Shown in pieces: positions 62,523 through 64,000 of a stretch of 64,000 nt of DNA. The notes under the pieces were generated by a model. That model was given only the letters and a program-made list of their open reading frames with translations, made no database searches and was not told where the DNA came from. This DNA comes from an uncultured Actinomycetes bacterium (GTDB taxonomy: Bacteria > Actinomycetota > Thermoleophilia > Solirubrobacterales > 70-9). A program made the translations under genes and the position numbers. The first letter of the stretch is position 1. The number at the start of each line of letters is the position of its first letter. Location: NCBI GenBank assembly GCA_963720015.1, contig CAVREA010000004.1:213141-277140 (forward strand), read 5' to 3'.

Positions 62523-62911
62523 CCGGCCGCCGCGCGGGCCTCGTCGATCGTCGCGTAGAACTCGATCCGCGTCGCCCGCCCGTCGACGACGGTGCCGAGG
62601 GCCGCGGCCTCCTGGACCATCTCGAGACCGGTGGTCCGGCCGCGGGCGACCATCCGGAAACGCATCGCCACCCGCCCCGCGACGGCCTCGAAGCCCTGCG
62701 GCTCGATCCGGACCATGTCCATCGCCTCGTAGAAGCTCTCGAACCAGCGGCGGACGCCGTCGTGCCCGCGATAGGTGTCGGGCTCGGCGGCGAGATTCGA
62801 CGGCGTCGTCATCTCGAAGTCCTCCGCGATGTAGGGGAGCATCGCCTCCACGCCGGCCTCGGCCAGCGCCTCGAAGGCGCGGCGCATCTGCTCGACGTCG
62901 GCCTCGCTCAC
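62519..62911 (-). CDS. SnoaL/NTF2-like fold protein, 130 aa
   Basis: It is the same length as the 47163..47555 paralog and shares its [10 protein letters not shown] motif. Confidence 0.7.
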   Translation of the reverse strand: MSEADVEQMRRAFEALAEAGVEAMLPYIAEDFEMTTPSNLAAEPDTYRGHDGVRRWFESFYEAMDMVRIEPQGFEAVAGRVAMRFRMVARGRTTGLEMVQEAAALGTVVDGRATRIEFYATIDEARAAAG

Positions 62912-62951
62912 GGGCTCAGGGTATCCCTGGCCGTTGGTAAGGTCGAGCGCG

Positions 62952-63401
62952 ATGAAGGTCGCTCTCGGATCAGATCACGCCGGCTTCGAGCTGAAGCAGA
63001 GGGTCGCCCCGATCCTCGCTTCGGCGGGGCACGAGGTGGTCGACGTCGGCACCGATTCCGAGGAGTCCACGGACTACCCGAAGTACGCCTCCGCGGCCGC
63101 CCAGATGGTCGCCGCCGGGGACGCCGAACGGGCCGTTCTCGTCTGCGGGTCCGGCGTCGGCGTCTCGATCGTCGCCAACAAGGTCGACGGCGTCCGGGCC
63201 GTCAACGCCCACGATCCCGACGAGGCCGAGATGAGCAGGCGGCACAACGACGCCAACGTGCTCGCGCTCGCCGGGCGCCGGCTCGGGGAGGACGACGCGG
63301 CCGCGATCGTCGAGCGCTTCCTCGCCACCGACTTCGAGGGCGGACGCCACGAGCGCCGCGTCGACCAGATCGCCCAGGTCGAGAGAGGAGACCAGCCGTG
63401 A
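62952..63401 (+). CDS. rpiB: Ribose-5-phosphate isomerase B, 149 aa
   Basis: [15 protein letters not shown]...GTDS...DYP...[21 protein letters not shown]...[14 protein letters not shown]. Confidence 0.9.
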   Translation: MKVALGSDHAGFELKQRVAPILASAGHEVVDVGTDSEESTDYPKYASAAAQMVAAGDAERAVLVCGSGVGVSIVANKVDGVRAVNAHDPDEAEMSRRHNDANVLALAGRRLGEDDAAAIVERFLATDFEGGRHERRVDQIAQVERGDQP

Positions 63402-64000
63402 GCTCCCTGCCCGAGGACTTCCAGACCGCGCCCCTGGCCGAGGTGGACCCGCAGATCGCCGAGGTCCTCGAGCGCGAACTGCGGCGCCAGCAGGGGACCC
63501 TCGAGATGATCGCTTCCGAGAACTTCGTGCCGCAGGCCGTGCTCGACGCCGCGGGCTCGGTGCTGACGAACAAGTACGCCGAGGGCTATCCCGGCCGCCG
63601 CTACTACGGTGGCTGCGAGGAGGTCGACGTCGCCGAGCAGCTGGCGATCGACCGGGCACTGGAGCTGTTCGGCGCCGAGCACGCCAACGTCCAGCCGCAC
63701 GCCGGCGCCCAGGCCAACAACGCTGTCTACATGGCGCTGCTCGAGCCGGGCGACAAGATCATGGGGATGGCGCTCGACCACGGCGGGCATCTCACCCACG
63801 GGATGAAGCTCAACCTCTCGGGCAAGCTCTACGAGGTCGTCGCCTACCACGTCCGCCGCGACGACCTGCTCGTCGACATGGAGGAGGTCGAGCGACTCGC
63901 CCACGAGGAACGCCCGAAGCTGATCATCGCCGGCTGGAGCGCCTACCCGCGCCAGCTCGACTTCGCCGCCTTCCGCGAGATCGCCGACGCGGTGGGGGCG
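63398..64000 (+). CDS. glyA: Serine hydroxymethyltransferase; the 3' end runs off the window
   Basis: The GTG at 63398 overlaps the rpiB stop (GTGA). The product reads [43 protein letters not shown]...[14 protein letters not shown]...GGHLTHG. It is not in the ORF track because it has no stop within the window. Confidence 0.9.
   Translation, partial: MSSLPEDFQTAPLAEVDPQIAEVLERELRRQQGTLEMIASENFVPQAVLDAAGSVLTNKYAEGYPGRRYYGGCEEVDVAEQLAIDRALELFGAEHANVQPHAGAQANNAVYMALLEPGDKIMGMALDHGGHLTHGMKLNLSGKLYEVVAYHVRRDDLLVDMEEVERLAHEERPKLIIAGWSAYPRQLDFAAFREIADAVGA

Overview
This is a 64-kb, very GC-rich chromosomal segment (roughly 70% or more by eye). Its gene content and synteny look actinobacterial. My guess is a deep-branching Actinomycetota lineage such as Thermoleophilia/Solirubrobacterales, but that is inference only.

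Layout:
- 1-12.6 kb: a type IV pilus cluster. The order is pilT, pilC, a c-di-GMP-I (GEMM-I)-like leader, pilA, a 991-aa secreted beta-propeller/Ig-repeat protein, two minor pilins, pilD, pilM, pilN, pilO and an unknown membrane protein.
- 12.7-19.9 kb: an HxlR regulator, a 594-aa acidic unknown, a pair of Get3/ArsA-like ATPases (BagAB-like), and an orphan ParA-like ATPase whose stop overlaps the start of an ftsZ carrying a ~170-aa Pro-rich N-terminal extension.
- 19.9-28.5 kb: ggt, a Lon-N-domain protein, a class III cyclase, and a methyltransferase/methyltransferase/GH57/GT4/acetyltransferase block that mirrors the mycobacterial MGLP locus.
- 28.5-48 kb: meaB, acyl-CoA/aldehyde/alcohol oxidation genes, pepA, thiolases, an acyl-CoA oxidase/fadA2/fabG4/htdX-like block, and a split methylmalonyl-CoA mutase.
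- 48-64 kb: an M50 protease, a sulfatase, two tandem CSLREA/beta-helix/RTX-like secreted paralogs, an SDR, etfB-etfA-ETF:QO, and the rpmE-DUF1385-prfA-prmC-tsaC-like-rpiB-glyA housekeeping block.

I saw no rRNA, tRNA, CRISPR array, transposase or integrase.

About 35-40 reading-frame disruptions are visible. They are strongly clustered in the etf operon, the acyl-CoA oxidase, meaB and the GMC oxidase, while many long genes are intact. The assembly therefore either has local indel errors or these pathways are decaying. All product calls rest on motifs I recognise in the translations; no database search was possible.
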